Shown: positions 49,253-57,877 of the stretch, one piece after another
How the letters are laid out: each line of letters opens with the position of its first letter
How positions within the stretch are numbered: position 1 is the first letter of the stretch
Assembly: GCA_965224705.1 (NCBI GenBank)
Contig: OZ245056.1
Location: forward strand, 2,720,001-2,784,000
Reading direction: 5' to 3'
Source: Spirochaetaceae bacterium
Lineage (GTDB): Bacteria > Spirochaetota > Spirochaetia > DSM-2461
DNA: 64,000 nt
Program-made: the position numbers and the translations under genes
Notes under the pieces: generated by a model
Seen by the model: only the letters and a program-made list of their open reading frames with translations
What the model was told of the DNA's origin: nothing
Databases searched by the model: none

Positions 49253-51899
49253 TCTTCCCTGATTCTCCCAAACTCTTACTTATTTCCCGAACCTCAAGTA
49301 CCTCAATAACATCTCCAATTTGTATATCCGAAAACTGCTCAAGACCAATCCCGCATTCATAACCCTCTTTGACTTCCTGGGCATCATCCTTGAATCGCTT
49401 GAGAGAAGACAGATTTCCAGAGTGTACAACAACACTGTCACGAATAAGATTGACTTTGCTCTTACGTCTGATCACACCGGAAGTCACCATGCATCCGGCA
49501 ATCGTTCCGATTTTCGGAACTTTGAATGTTTCACGAACCTCAACTTTTCCAATAGCAATGTCTTCAATATCCGGTGTCAGTAGACCTTCCATGGCAGCTT
49601 TTATATCTGCAACAGCCTCGAATATGATACTGTATTTCCTGATTTCCACATTCAATTTCTCAGCGACTGTCAGGGCCCGGGCTGTCGGGCGGACATGAAA
49701 TCCTACAATAATGGCATCGGAAGCCGATGCTAAATTGACATCATCCTCAATTATTGCTCCAGCAGCCGCTCGAATACACACCAGCTTGATTTCCTCATTG
49801 CTGAGATCTTCCAGAGTATTCTTGAGAGCCTCAACAGATCCATGAACATCACCTTTTATTATAACCTTGAGTTCCTGTAATTCCCCTTCCTGCATTGAAT
49901 CATATAAACTGTCCAATGTGACTTTTTTGACATTTCGAGCCGTTTCCATTTTTCTGAGTTCCTGACGCTTTGAACCGTACTGACGTGCTTCTTTCTCATT
50001 TTCAGTCACTTGAAAGGGATCACCAGCACCAGGAACTCCAGAGAATCCCAGTATTTCAACCGGCATGGCGGGAGTTGCCTTTTGAATCGGCACTCCATTG
50101 TCGTTGAACATGGCTCTTACTTTCCCGTGGTATATACCTGCAACAAATGAATCGCCAACATTGAGAGTACCATTCTCCACCAGGACAGTGGCGACAACAC
50201 CTCTTCCCTGATCAACTCTGGATTCAATGATTTTGCCCTCAGCCCTGCAATCCCAGTCAGCTTTCAGTTCCAGCATTTCGGAAACAAGGATCAAGGTAGC
50301 AAGAAGTTCTTTGAGTCCCTCCCCTTTCAATGCCGATATTTCTACGAACTGGGTTGATCCGCCCCATTCTTCAGGAATCAAGTCATACCTTGAAAGCTGT
50401 TGTTTGACTCGTTCTGGATCAGCATTCGGCAGATCCATTTTATTGATCGCAACTATGATTGGAGACTCTGCTGCTCTGGCATGCTCAATTGCCTCTATTG
50501 TTCGCGGCATCACACCATCGTTGGCGGCAACAACCAGGACAACCAGGTCTGTAATCTGTGCCCCTCTGGCTCGCATCATTGTAAAAGCCGAATGGCCAGG
50601 AGTATCAAGAAATGTGATATCTCCTTCAGGACTGTGAACCATGTATGCACCTATATGCTGGGTAATGCCGCCATGCTCCCCTGCGATGACATCGGTGTTG
50701 CGGATGGCATCAAGGAGTTTTGTTTTACCATGATCAACATGTCCCATTACAGTAACGATGGGAGGTCTCTGCTTTGTAATGCTGTTGCTATCCCTGTCTG
50801 ATTCAATGATTGTTTCATCATAAAGACTGACTATGTTGACCTTGCAGTCATAGTCATCAGCTAGAATAGTTGCTGTTTCTGCATCGATTTGCTGATTAAT
50901 CGTCACCATCATACCCATACCCATAAGCTTGGAGATAAGATCGGATGCCCTGAGATTCATCTTTCTGGCAAGAGCAGATACAGTGACCACTTCCATGATA
51001 TCAATTCTCTTAGGAACAGGATTGGTCTGCATAACCTGTTTTTTCTTTGAATACTGGTAAAGTTTTTCCTGCTGTTCCTTGTGCTTATCATAGATTTTTT
51101 TGGCCTTATAGAATTTCTTCCCCCGATTGGCGGTCGGCGGGGGGGGAGGCACAGAAACACCACCAGTTCGGGGACCGGGAGTGTTCCCGGTCCCGTGACG
51201 CCGTATTCCACCCGATCTGTCTCCTCCCAATCCAGTGCCAGGTCTCCTGGAAGCAGTCCGATTTGACTTTGGGGCATTTGGATCCGGGCGGCCATGGGGA
51301 GTATTCCGATCAAAGTTTCCCGAACGAGATCCGCGATTATACCCGCCTGTCCGGGCCTGTTGAGTCCCTCCCTGCGGCCTCTGCCCGCTTCCCGGACGTT
51401 GAAATCCTCCATTCACCCGGCGGCCCGCTACAATTCCAGCCCGTCCTCCCATCCGTTTCACCTCAAGAGTCTGCACGCCTCGAGTCTCTGAATTCCCAGG
51501 GGGTGATGGCAGTGTATCCTTTCCAGAACCTATCCGTTCGAATGAGACTGATTTATTCTCAGCGACCGCTGGTTTGGGCTGGAACGTTTCTTCTGTCTGC
51601 CCTCGGTTCTCTTCCAGCCTGCGCTGAACTTCAGTCTTCGGTGTTTTTGATTGTTGACTGAGCGCTGGTTTTGGTGGATCTGTTTTCTTCTCAGGCTGTA
51701 CTTTGTTTTCAGCTTCTGTTTTGACCGCAGTATTGTCCGGTTTCTTTTCACTGCTCACTGCTGGAGTGATTGTTTGGGGCGGCTTCTGTTTACTCTTCTT
51801 TATGACCACAACCTTTTTTCTGGTTCGGACAGGTTCACTATCTTTCCGGTGTTTGATAAGAGTTGCCTTAGGCTTTTTATTGCTAAGATTTTCTGCCAT
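49245..51899 (-). CDS. infB: Translation initiation factor IF-2
   Basis: GHVDHGKT, GGITQHIGA, DTPGH, NKMD, SLKRFKDD...ECG. Confidence 0.98.
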   Translation of the reverse strand: MAENLSNKKPKATLIKHRKDSEPVRTRKKVVVIKKSKQKPPQTITPAVSSEKKPDNTAVKTEAENKVQPEKKTDPPKPALSQQSKTPKTEVQRRLEENRGQTEETFQPKPAVAENKSVSFERIGSGKDTLPSPPGNSETRGVQTLEVKRMGGRAGIVAGRRVNGGFQRPGSGQRPQGGTQQARTGGYNRGSRSGNFDRNTPHGRPDPNAPKSNRTASRRPGTGLGGDRSGGIRRHGTGNTPGPRTGGVSVPPPPPTANRGKKFYKAKKIYDKHKEQQEKLYQYSKKKQVMQTNPVPKRIDIMEVVTVSALARKMNLRASDLISKLMGMGMMVTINQQIDAETATILADDYDCKVNIVSLYDETIIESDRDSNSITKQRPPIVTVMGHVDHGKTKLLDAIRNTDVIAGEHGGITQHIGAYMVHSPEGDITFLDTPGHSAFTMMRARGAQITDLVVLVVAANDGVMPRTIEAIEHARAAESPIIVAINKMDLPNADPERVKQQLSRYDLIPEEWGGSTQFVEISALKGEGLKELLATLILVSEMLELKADWDCRAEGKIIESRVDQGRGVVATVLVENGTLNVGDSFVAGIYHGKVRAMFNDNGVPIQKATPAMPVEILGFSGVPGAGDPFQVTENEKEARQYGSKRQELRKMETARNVKKVTLDSLYDSMQEGELQELKVIIKGDVHGSVEALKNTLEDLSNEEIKLVCIRAAAGAIIEDDVNLASASDAIIVGFHVRPTARALTVAEKLNVEIRKYSIIFEAVADIKAAMEGLLTPDIEDIAIGKVEVRETFKVPKIGTIAGCMVTSGVIRRKSKVNLIRDSVVVHSGNLSSLKRFKDDAQEVKEGYECGIGLEQFSDIQIGDVIEVLEVREISKSLGESGKSE

Positions 51900-51925
51900 T
51901 ACTATCTGTTCAACCTGTTCCTGAA

Positions 51926-53404
51926 TTATTCTATCTCAAAACTGAATTCAACACCACAGCCAGGACAGGTGTTCATGTCCTGCGTAATCAGATGGCTGCA
52001 TTCCGGGCATCTCAATGTATCGTCTTCCTGCCCGTTATCATCGTTATCCGCTTCTTCTCCATCAACAAATGCTTCCTCGTCATTCTCGGATTCAGAGTCT
52101 TCAATAATTTCAACATTATCTTCAATGATTTTCTGAATATGTTCAACATCAGTTGGGGTGAGTCCCGTGAGGCCGTTTAATTCATCGGCCGTTAAATTGA
52201 TCAATGATTCAATTAATTCGATTCCATTTTCTTTAAGCAGGGAGACAAGGCGCTCAGGGATGTCCGGAAGCTCTCTTATCTGAACAATTTCCTCTCCATT
52301 CCCATCTATGCCGCTGAAAAGATCCGAAGCTGCTTTTGACATCTCTTGAAAGATATCCATATTCTGGAATTGCTCTTCAGTTTTTACATCGATATTCCAG
52401 TCAACCAGTCGATTGGCGAGTCGGACATTCAGGCCCTGTTTCCCAATGGCAAAAGACAGCTGCTGCTCCGGCACAATGGCCAGGGCCTGTCTTTTCGAGG
52501 CCTCAGTAATGATGACTTCCTGAACCTCTGCGGGACTCAGGGCGTTCCGGATGAATACAGATGGGTCGGTATCATATTTGAGAATATCAATTTTTTCACC
52601 TTCAAGTTCCCTTACAATGGCTTGAATCCGCACCCCCTTAAGACCAACACATGCCCCTACAGGATCAACATCATCCCTGGTAGAGTATACGGCAACCTTT
52701 GTCCGATAGCCTGGCTCACGGACAATTTTGAAGATTTCAACTGTTCCATCGTAGACTTCAGGGACTTCAAGCTCAAAGATTCGTTTAACAAACTCCCCAT
52801 GAGAACGCGATAGAATGATTTCCAGGCCTGCCGGTGTTTTCTTCACTTCAGCAATCATTGCCTTTATGCGATCTTCACTATGATATTCTTCCCGAGGTGA
52901 CTGAAAACGGCGCGGGAGTATACCCTCGGTTTTTCCAAGGTCAACATAGATTGTATTATTCTTCTCCCTCTGGAAATAGCCGATAATCATTTCACCCACT
53001 TTGTCCTTGAATTCAGAGTAGAGTGTGTCTTTTTGAATTTCCCTGAGGTTTTGCCAGGCTTTTTGCTTCGCACTCTGGACAGCACTCCTGTCGAAATCCT
53101 TTGGATCTATTTCAATGAGTAATTCATCGCCAATTTCGCAGTCTTCATTCAGATCCAGAGCATCTTTTAACTCTATTTCCGTAACAGGATCGTAAAGATC
53201 ATCATTTTCGACAATGTTTTTTCTTGCATAAATCGACACATCATCTCCAGATTCAGAAAAGCGGACAACGGCATTGTCTGATGTACCAAATTTTTTTTTG
53301 TATGCGGCCATAAGAAATACTTCTATCGTTTCAAAAACCAGGTCTTCCGTAATACCCCGGTCTGATTTCAGAAGTTTGATTGATTCAGAAAAATCACTGT
53401 CCAT
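51926..53404 (-). CDS. nusA: Transcription termination/antitermination factor NusA
   Basis: REPGYRTKVAV, DPVGACVG..G.RI, AIGKQGLNVRLA; C-terminal CPEC..CPGC. Confidence 0.97.
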   Translation of the reverse strand: MDSDFSESIKLLKSDRGITEDLVFETIEVFLMAAYKKKFGTSDNAVVRFSESGDDVSIYARKNIVENDDLYDPVTEIELKDALDLNEDCEIGDELLIEIDPKDFDRSAVQSAKQKAWQNLREIQKDTLYSEFKDKVGEMIIGYFQREKNNTIYVDLGKTEGILPRRFQSPREEYHSEDRIKAMIAEVKKTPAGLEIILSRSHGEFVKRIFELEVPEVYDGTVEIFKIVREPGYRTKVAVYSTRDDVDPVGACVGLKGVRIQAIVRELEGEKIDILKYDTDPSVFIRNALSPAEVQEVIITEASKRQALAIVPEQQLSFAIGKQGLNVRLANRLVDWNIDVKTEEQFQNMDIFQEMSKAASDLFSGIDGNGEEIVQIRELPDIPERLVSLLKENGIELIESLINLTADELNGLTGLTPTDVEHIQKIIEDNVEIIEDSESENDEEAFVDGEEADNDDNGQEDDTLRCPECSHLITQDMNTCPGCGVEFSFEIE

Positions 53405-53421
53405 TGCCTGCTGACCTCCTT

Positions 53422-53856
53422 TCAGGTAAGCCTTCCCTTACGTATATCAACAAATCGCACCTTTTTCAAACCATTGATGGTATCCAGATCGACGGAAATA
53501 TCATCCGTACTTCTGATAATCCCCTGTTCCCATCTGTCACCGACAAGAATGCTGACACCAAGACCTTTGAAGATAGTGTACTCATGGACATTCTTGATCT
53601 TCCTTGATACTCCAGGCGAAGTAATCTCCAGAGTAAGATTCTCCCGGGGAAAAACAAGTTCAAACCGCGGCCGGAGAACTTTTTGTGCTTCAGCAAGATC
53701 GTCAAGAGTTATTCCTCCCTTTTTGTGGAGCACAATATTTACTTTGACTCCACCACGATGATGGCCAATACCCATCTCTACAAGAGCGAAATTCATACCT
53801 TCAACAAGATTGGCTGCTGCAGTTTCAAGGTCAGTTTCAGCCGTCTTTTCTTCCAT
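53422..53856 (-). CDS. rimP: Ribosome maturation factor RimP
   Basis: GGITLDD, LEITSPGVSR; first gene of the nusA-infB operon. Confidence 0.9.
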   Translation of the reverse strand: MEEKTAETDLETAAANLVEGMNFALVEMGIGHHRGGVKVNIVLHKKGGITLDDLAEAQKVLRPRFELVFPRENLTLEITSPGVSRKIKNVHEYTIFKGLGVSILVGDRWEQGIIRSTDDISVDLDTINGLKKVRFVDIRKGRLT

Positions 53857-53871
53857 CTGTTACCCCTGGAT

Positions 53872-53900
53872 AAAAAAAGAGACCGCCAGGCGGACTCTTT
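53872..53900 (-). terminator. Terminator/attenuator hairpin in the rimP leader
   Basis: Minus strand hairpin AAAGAGTCCGCC-T-GGCGGTCTCTTT running into a T tract. Confidence 0.75.
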
Positions 53901-53928
53901 ACACCAAATAAGACGCAACTCATATAGC

Positions 53929-53957
53929 ATGTTAACAGTATTGTTCTGTGGAGTCAA
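53929..53957 (-). promoter_or_regulatory. Promoter of rimP-nusA-infB
   Basis: Minus strand TTGACT-N17-TAACAT with an extended -10 TG. Confidence 0.65.
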
Positions 53958-54616
53958 GCCCTGCAGACAACCATGGCAAAGACATCGGCAGCTCCAGCGT
54001 TTTTAAGTACTGATGCGCATCTTGAAAGTGTCGAACCAGTTGTTGAAACATCATCAAGCAGGATGTAGGAACCATGAATTCGTCTGCTCTTTTTTACCCT
54101 GTAGTTCAATCTCATACCGGCCAGTCTCTCCTCTCTATTCAGGTCTTTCTGTGCCATTTTATCTTCTCTGCAGAGGATTTTCTGGACAGGAATCCCATGT
54201 TTTTCAAGCCTGTCAGCAATCAAATAAACAATGTAGCGGCCTTCATGATGGATTCTTCCATATCTTGGCGGCACTGGTACAACAGGAAGGTTACATCCAG
54301 ACAATGTCCACATATTGAAAAACTCAATGACCAGCCATTGGACCAGCCGAACGTCTCCGCCATACTTCAAAAGAGAAAGCCATTCACGCAATGGTCCCAT
54401 CCAGGGGCCAATACTGCTTAAACCATCAAGACTGGATTGTTCTGCAATCCGGCGGCAGTCAGGGCATGGGTTGTCGGCTCCTGCAAGATCGGCTGAACAT
54501 GAAGAACAATTTGAATTAAAAGAGTGTTTCATCATTCTACTGCAAGTTTGACAGGGCATAAATGCCGTCCTCGTAATACGCCCGCATATCGGACAGGTAT
54601 TTTCTGGTTTTATCAT
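53954..54616 (-). CDS. comF: ComF family protein (double zinc ribbon + PRTase domain)
   Basis: Four CxxC pairs, LKYGG, VPVP, LLDDVSTTGSTL. Confidence 0.88.
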   Translation of the reverse strand: MIKPENTCPICGRITRTAFMPCQTCSRMMKHSFNSNCSSCSADLAGADNPCPDCRRIAEQSSLDGLSSIGPWMGPLREWLSLLKYGGDVRLVQWLVIEFFNMWTLSGCNLPVVPVPPRYGRIHHEGRYIVYLIADRLEKHGIPVQKILCREDKMAQKDLNREERLAGMRLNYRVKKSRRIHGSYILLDDVSTTGSTLSRCASVLKNAGAADVFAMVVCRA

Positions 54617-54672
54617 ATCTAAGATGACGTGATGTCATTGATTATCTCAGTAAAAAACAATGAAATTCTGCT

Positions 54673-57243
54673 CTAATGAGTTTCAAGTTCCATTTTCCAT
54701 CTGTTTATCTGTTGAAGAGCATCAAGCGGTGTCAATTCATTGATGTCGATATCCACCAGGGCATCAAGAACAAGATCCCGGGGATCGAATAGCATGGGGG
54801 TGTGATCCTTTCCAGACTGTGTCGTTTGAGTGTTTTCATTGAGCAGTAGTTCTCTGGCCCGTCTGACAACTTGCTCAGGGATTCCTGCCAGAGCTGCCGC
54901 ATGTATTCCATATGAAGATTTTGCCGCTCCCTGTACAAGTTGTTTTGGAAAAACTATTTTCCCCTTCGTTTCATGGACGGCCATCGATAGATTGACCAGC
55001 CGCTTATGAACAATAGCAGTCAATTCACGGTAATGAGTCGCAAACATTGTTCGTGGACATTGATACTCAAGAAGATACTCACATACGGCTTGAGCAATGG
55101 CCAGACCGTCATCGGTTCCTGTACCCCGCCCAACTTCATCCATAATAACCAGACTGCAGGACGTTGCATTTCTCAGGATATTGGCGGTTTCATTCATTTC
55201 AACAAGAAAAGTTGACTCACCTCTGGCAAGATTATCGGACGCTCCTACACGACAGAATATCCGATCGGCGATTCCAATGACAGCCGAGTCTGCAGGGACA
55301 AATGACCCGGCCTGTGCCATCAGAGTTATAAGCGCAACCTGTCTCAGTACAGTGGATTTCCCTGCCATATTGGGTCCAGTAACCATGGCAAATGAAATCC
55401 CCTCACCACTGAGCATAATACTGTTGGGAACAAAGTCTCCCTGAGGCAAATGCCGTTCCACGACAGGATGACGTCCTCCCTTTATATCAGTGATGATATC
55501 TTCCCTTATTTCCGGCCGTACATATCCATACTCAGTTGCAGCATGGGCATAAGATTGTACAAGGTCAATTTCCGCTGTCAGACGGGCAATTTCCAGAAGC
55601 ATTGGAATGCTTTTCTTAACTTCGTTTCTGATCTCAAGGAAGACTTCCCGCTCATGATTCACAAGTTTCTCATCAACACTCAGGATTTCTGTCTCAAGTT
55701 CTTCCAGACGCGGAGTTGAAAAACGGACAACCTGAGTCAATGATTGACGGCTGCGAAACCGTTCAGGGGCATTCTGGGCCTGATTCCTACTGACTTCAAT
55801 GAAATAGCCAAGTATGCGGTTGTATTTTACCTTGAGCGATGATAGACCAGTTGCAGATTTTTCTTCTGCCGTATAGTTGTCAAGATGACTCCTGCCGGCA
55901 TCCCGAAAGGATCTCAACCGGTCCACTTCTGAATTCCAGCCTTCTCTGATCAATCGACCTTCGGTGAGTAGTATGGAAGGATCATCCAGCAATGATGAAG
56001 AAAGCAATTGGGAAAGCCTTTCGCCCTCCTTGAATAGTGACGGCACTCTGGATTCATCAATGTTCCACAGATGCGGTTCAAGAATTTCGTTGATTTGCAG
56101 TACTTTCTTCAATGAATGACAAATAGCCATCAGATCTTTTGCATGAGCACGGTCCATGCTGGTTCTTGCGGCCAGCCGTTCAATGTCCTGAATACCGGAC
56201 AGAATTCTGCGCAATTGTGACAGAAGCATTTGATTTCTATAAATGCATTCAACCCTGTCATGAAATTTTTTGATGAAATCCGCATTGGGTGAAGGCTGCA
56301 GGAGCTTCCGGCGAAGCAATCTTGTACCTGTGGATGTTTTTGTATGATTCAAAACTTCCAGAAGAGTGTAATTCATTCCGCCATCCTGGAGGTTTTTAAC
56401 TATTTCAAGATTGCGGATAGTTGATTCATCAAGGCCGACATAATCATTCTCATCATAGCAGGTGATGGACGAGACATGGGGGAGTATGCTCTGATGATTG
56501 TCGGCAAGGTACTCAAGAATGGCACCGGCAACCAGCACCCGGGGATCGTTTTCTCTCATTCCAAAGGATTTAAGACTGATGGTGCCGAATTGAGTTTTCA
56601 GTCTTTTTTCAGCATCGGCAAGATCAAAACTCCAATCCGGTATACAATTGAGCAAGATACTGTCATCGATGAGAAAAGAAAAGTTTTCGGATTCCAATAA
56701 GCTTTGCTGAACAATCATTTCCCGGGGATTCGTTTTAGCTAACTCTCGGCGCAGGGAATCTTTCAGCAGCGGATGTTCAAGTTCTGTAGCTCGAAATTCT
56801 CCGGTGGAAAGATCGATACAGGCAAAGGCCGGTTGATTTTCAGGCCCTCCCAGAGCGGCAAGGTAGTTGTTGCTGTGTTCATTCAGATAGGCATCATCAA
56901 CAACAGTCCCTGGCGTAATAACTTCAACAACTTCCCTCCGAGCTAAACCTCTCCCATCCGGAGCAAGCTCAATCTGTTCACAGATGGCTATTTTCTTTCC
57001 CAGCCGCAGCAGACGAGCTATGTAATTACCAGCAGCATGATACGGGATTCCACACATTGGTATTCCCTGCCGCTGCGTAAGCGTCAGGTTGAGTAACCGG
57101 CTGATTTCAACTGCATCACTTCGAAACATTTCATAAAAATCGCCCATGCGAAAGAAAAGAACAGCATCACGATGTTGTGCTTTTTGCTCCTCGTATTGAC
57201 GGAGCATTGGAGTGGATTCCTGTTTCTTGGTTGATGCCGGCAC
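54673..57243 (-). CDS. mutS: DNA mismatch repair protein MutS
   Basis: TPMLRQY, FRMGDFYEMF, TGPNMAGKST, GESTFLVEM, DEVGRGT, SYGIH. Confidence 0.98.
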   Translation of the reverse strand: MPASTKKQESTPMLRQYEEQKAQHRDAVLFFRMGDFYEMFRSDAVEISRLLNLTLTQRQGIPMCGIPYHAAGNYIARLLRLGKKIAICEQIELAPDGRGLARREVVEVITPGTVVDDAYLNEHSNNYLAALGGPENQPAFACIDLSTGEFRATELEHPLLKDSLRRELAKTNPREMIVQQSLLESENFSFLIDDSILLNCIPDWSFDLADAEKRLKTQFGTISLKSFGMRENDPRVLVAGAILEYLADNHQSILPHVSSITCYDENDYVGLDESTIRNLEIVKNLQDGGMNYTLLEVLNHTKTSTGTRLLRRKLLQPSPNADFIKKFHDRVECIYRNQMLLSQLRRILSGIQDIERLAARTSMDRAHAKDLMAICHSLKKVLQINEILEPHLWNIDESRVPSLFKEGERLSQLLSSSLLDDPSILLTEGRLIREGWNSEVDRLRSFRDAGRSHLDNYTAEEKSATGLSSLKVKYNRILGYFIEVSRNQAQNAPERFRSRQSLTQVVRFSTPRLEELETEILSVDEKLVNHEREVFLEIRNEVKKSIPMLLEIARLTAEIDLVQSYAHAATEYGYVRPEIREDIITDIKGGRHPVVERHLPQGDFVPNSIMLSGEGISFAMVTGPNMAGKSTVLRQVALITLMAQAGSFVPADSAVIGIADRIFCRVGASDNLARGESTFLVEMNETANILRNATSCSLVIMDEVGRGTGTDDGLAIAQAVCEYLLEYQCPRTMFATHYRELTAIVHKRLVNLSMAVHETKGKIVFPKQLVQGAAKSSYGIHAAALAGIPEQVVRRARELLLNENTQTTQSGKDHTPMLFDPRDLVLDALVDIDINELTPLDALQQINRWKMELETH

Positions 57244-57246
57244 TTA

Positions 57247-57759
57247 TTATTCGGTACTGACCAGGCGATTCAAAACAAGATCTGTGATATCCGTTTCGTA
57301 ACTCCACCACAGGAGGTTGGGATCCGATCGTTTCATAACGACACTGAAGCCATTTGATTCTGCAACATATTTGATTTCCCTCAGTATTTCCTGGGCAAGT
57401 TCATGACTTGAACTCAGGTTGGCTGCAGCCTGTTGAATCTGATTGCCGCGTACACGGACATACTCCTGGTAGTATCGCTTTCTATCCGTAATACGACTGT
57501 CAAATTCAAGAACCAGCGAAGAATTCCCCTCGTCCTGAGCTGTCAGTTTTTTTTCTTCCAATTCCTGGATTTCCTGTTGAAGTTTTTTTACCTCATCAGC
57601 AAAAACCTCTTTCATTTCAACTATTTTTCTTGCCTCAGCTGAATCCGCATAAAATGCTGTTAATATGCGGGAATAATCCAGTACTGCGACCTTCGTGATC
57701 TGCTCTGCCCCAACAGCGGCAGAAATCAGTGCCAGAGTAATTAAGACTAATTGTTTCAT
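57247..57759 (-). CDS. skp: Periplasmic chaperone Skp/OmpH
   Basis: Signal peptide, KVAVLD, coiled coil, A..NGFSVV, DITDLVL; downstream of bamA. Confidence 0.88.
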   Translation of the reverse strand: MKQLVLITLALISAAVGAEQITKVAVLDYSRILTAFYADSAEARKIVEMKEVFADEVKKLQQEIQELEEKKLTAQDEGNSSLVLEFDSRITDRKRYYQEYVRVRGNQIQQAAANLSSSHELAQEILREIKYVAESNGFSVVMKRSDPNLLWWSYETDITDLVLNRLVSTE

Positions 57760-57877
57760 TTATAAACTCCTGATGGGCCTCTTTAACAAACTCGCTTTCG
57801 AAATCTGGTGATGAAATTCTCCATGGAACAGGAAAAGATTTCAAGCCGGAACTGGAAAGTATGCTTTCTGAAAGATT

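Noticed and set aside
50957..51661. Long alternative-frame and antisense ORFs within infB
   Set aside because: Shadows of the GC-rich, low-complexity IF-2 N-terminus.
54624..54638. ATGAC-N5-GTCAT palindrome upstream of comF
   Set aside because: Only 5-bp arms and no second instance noticed; insufficient evidence.
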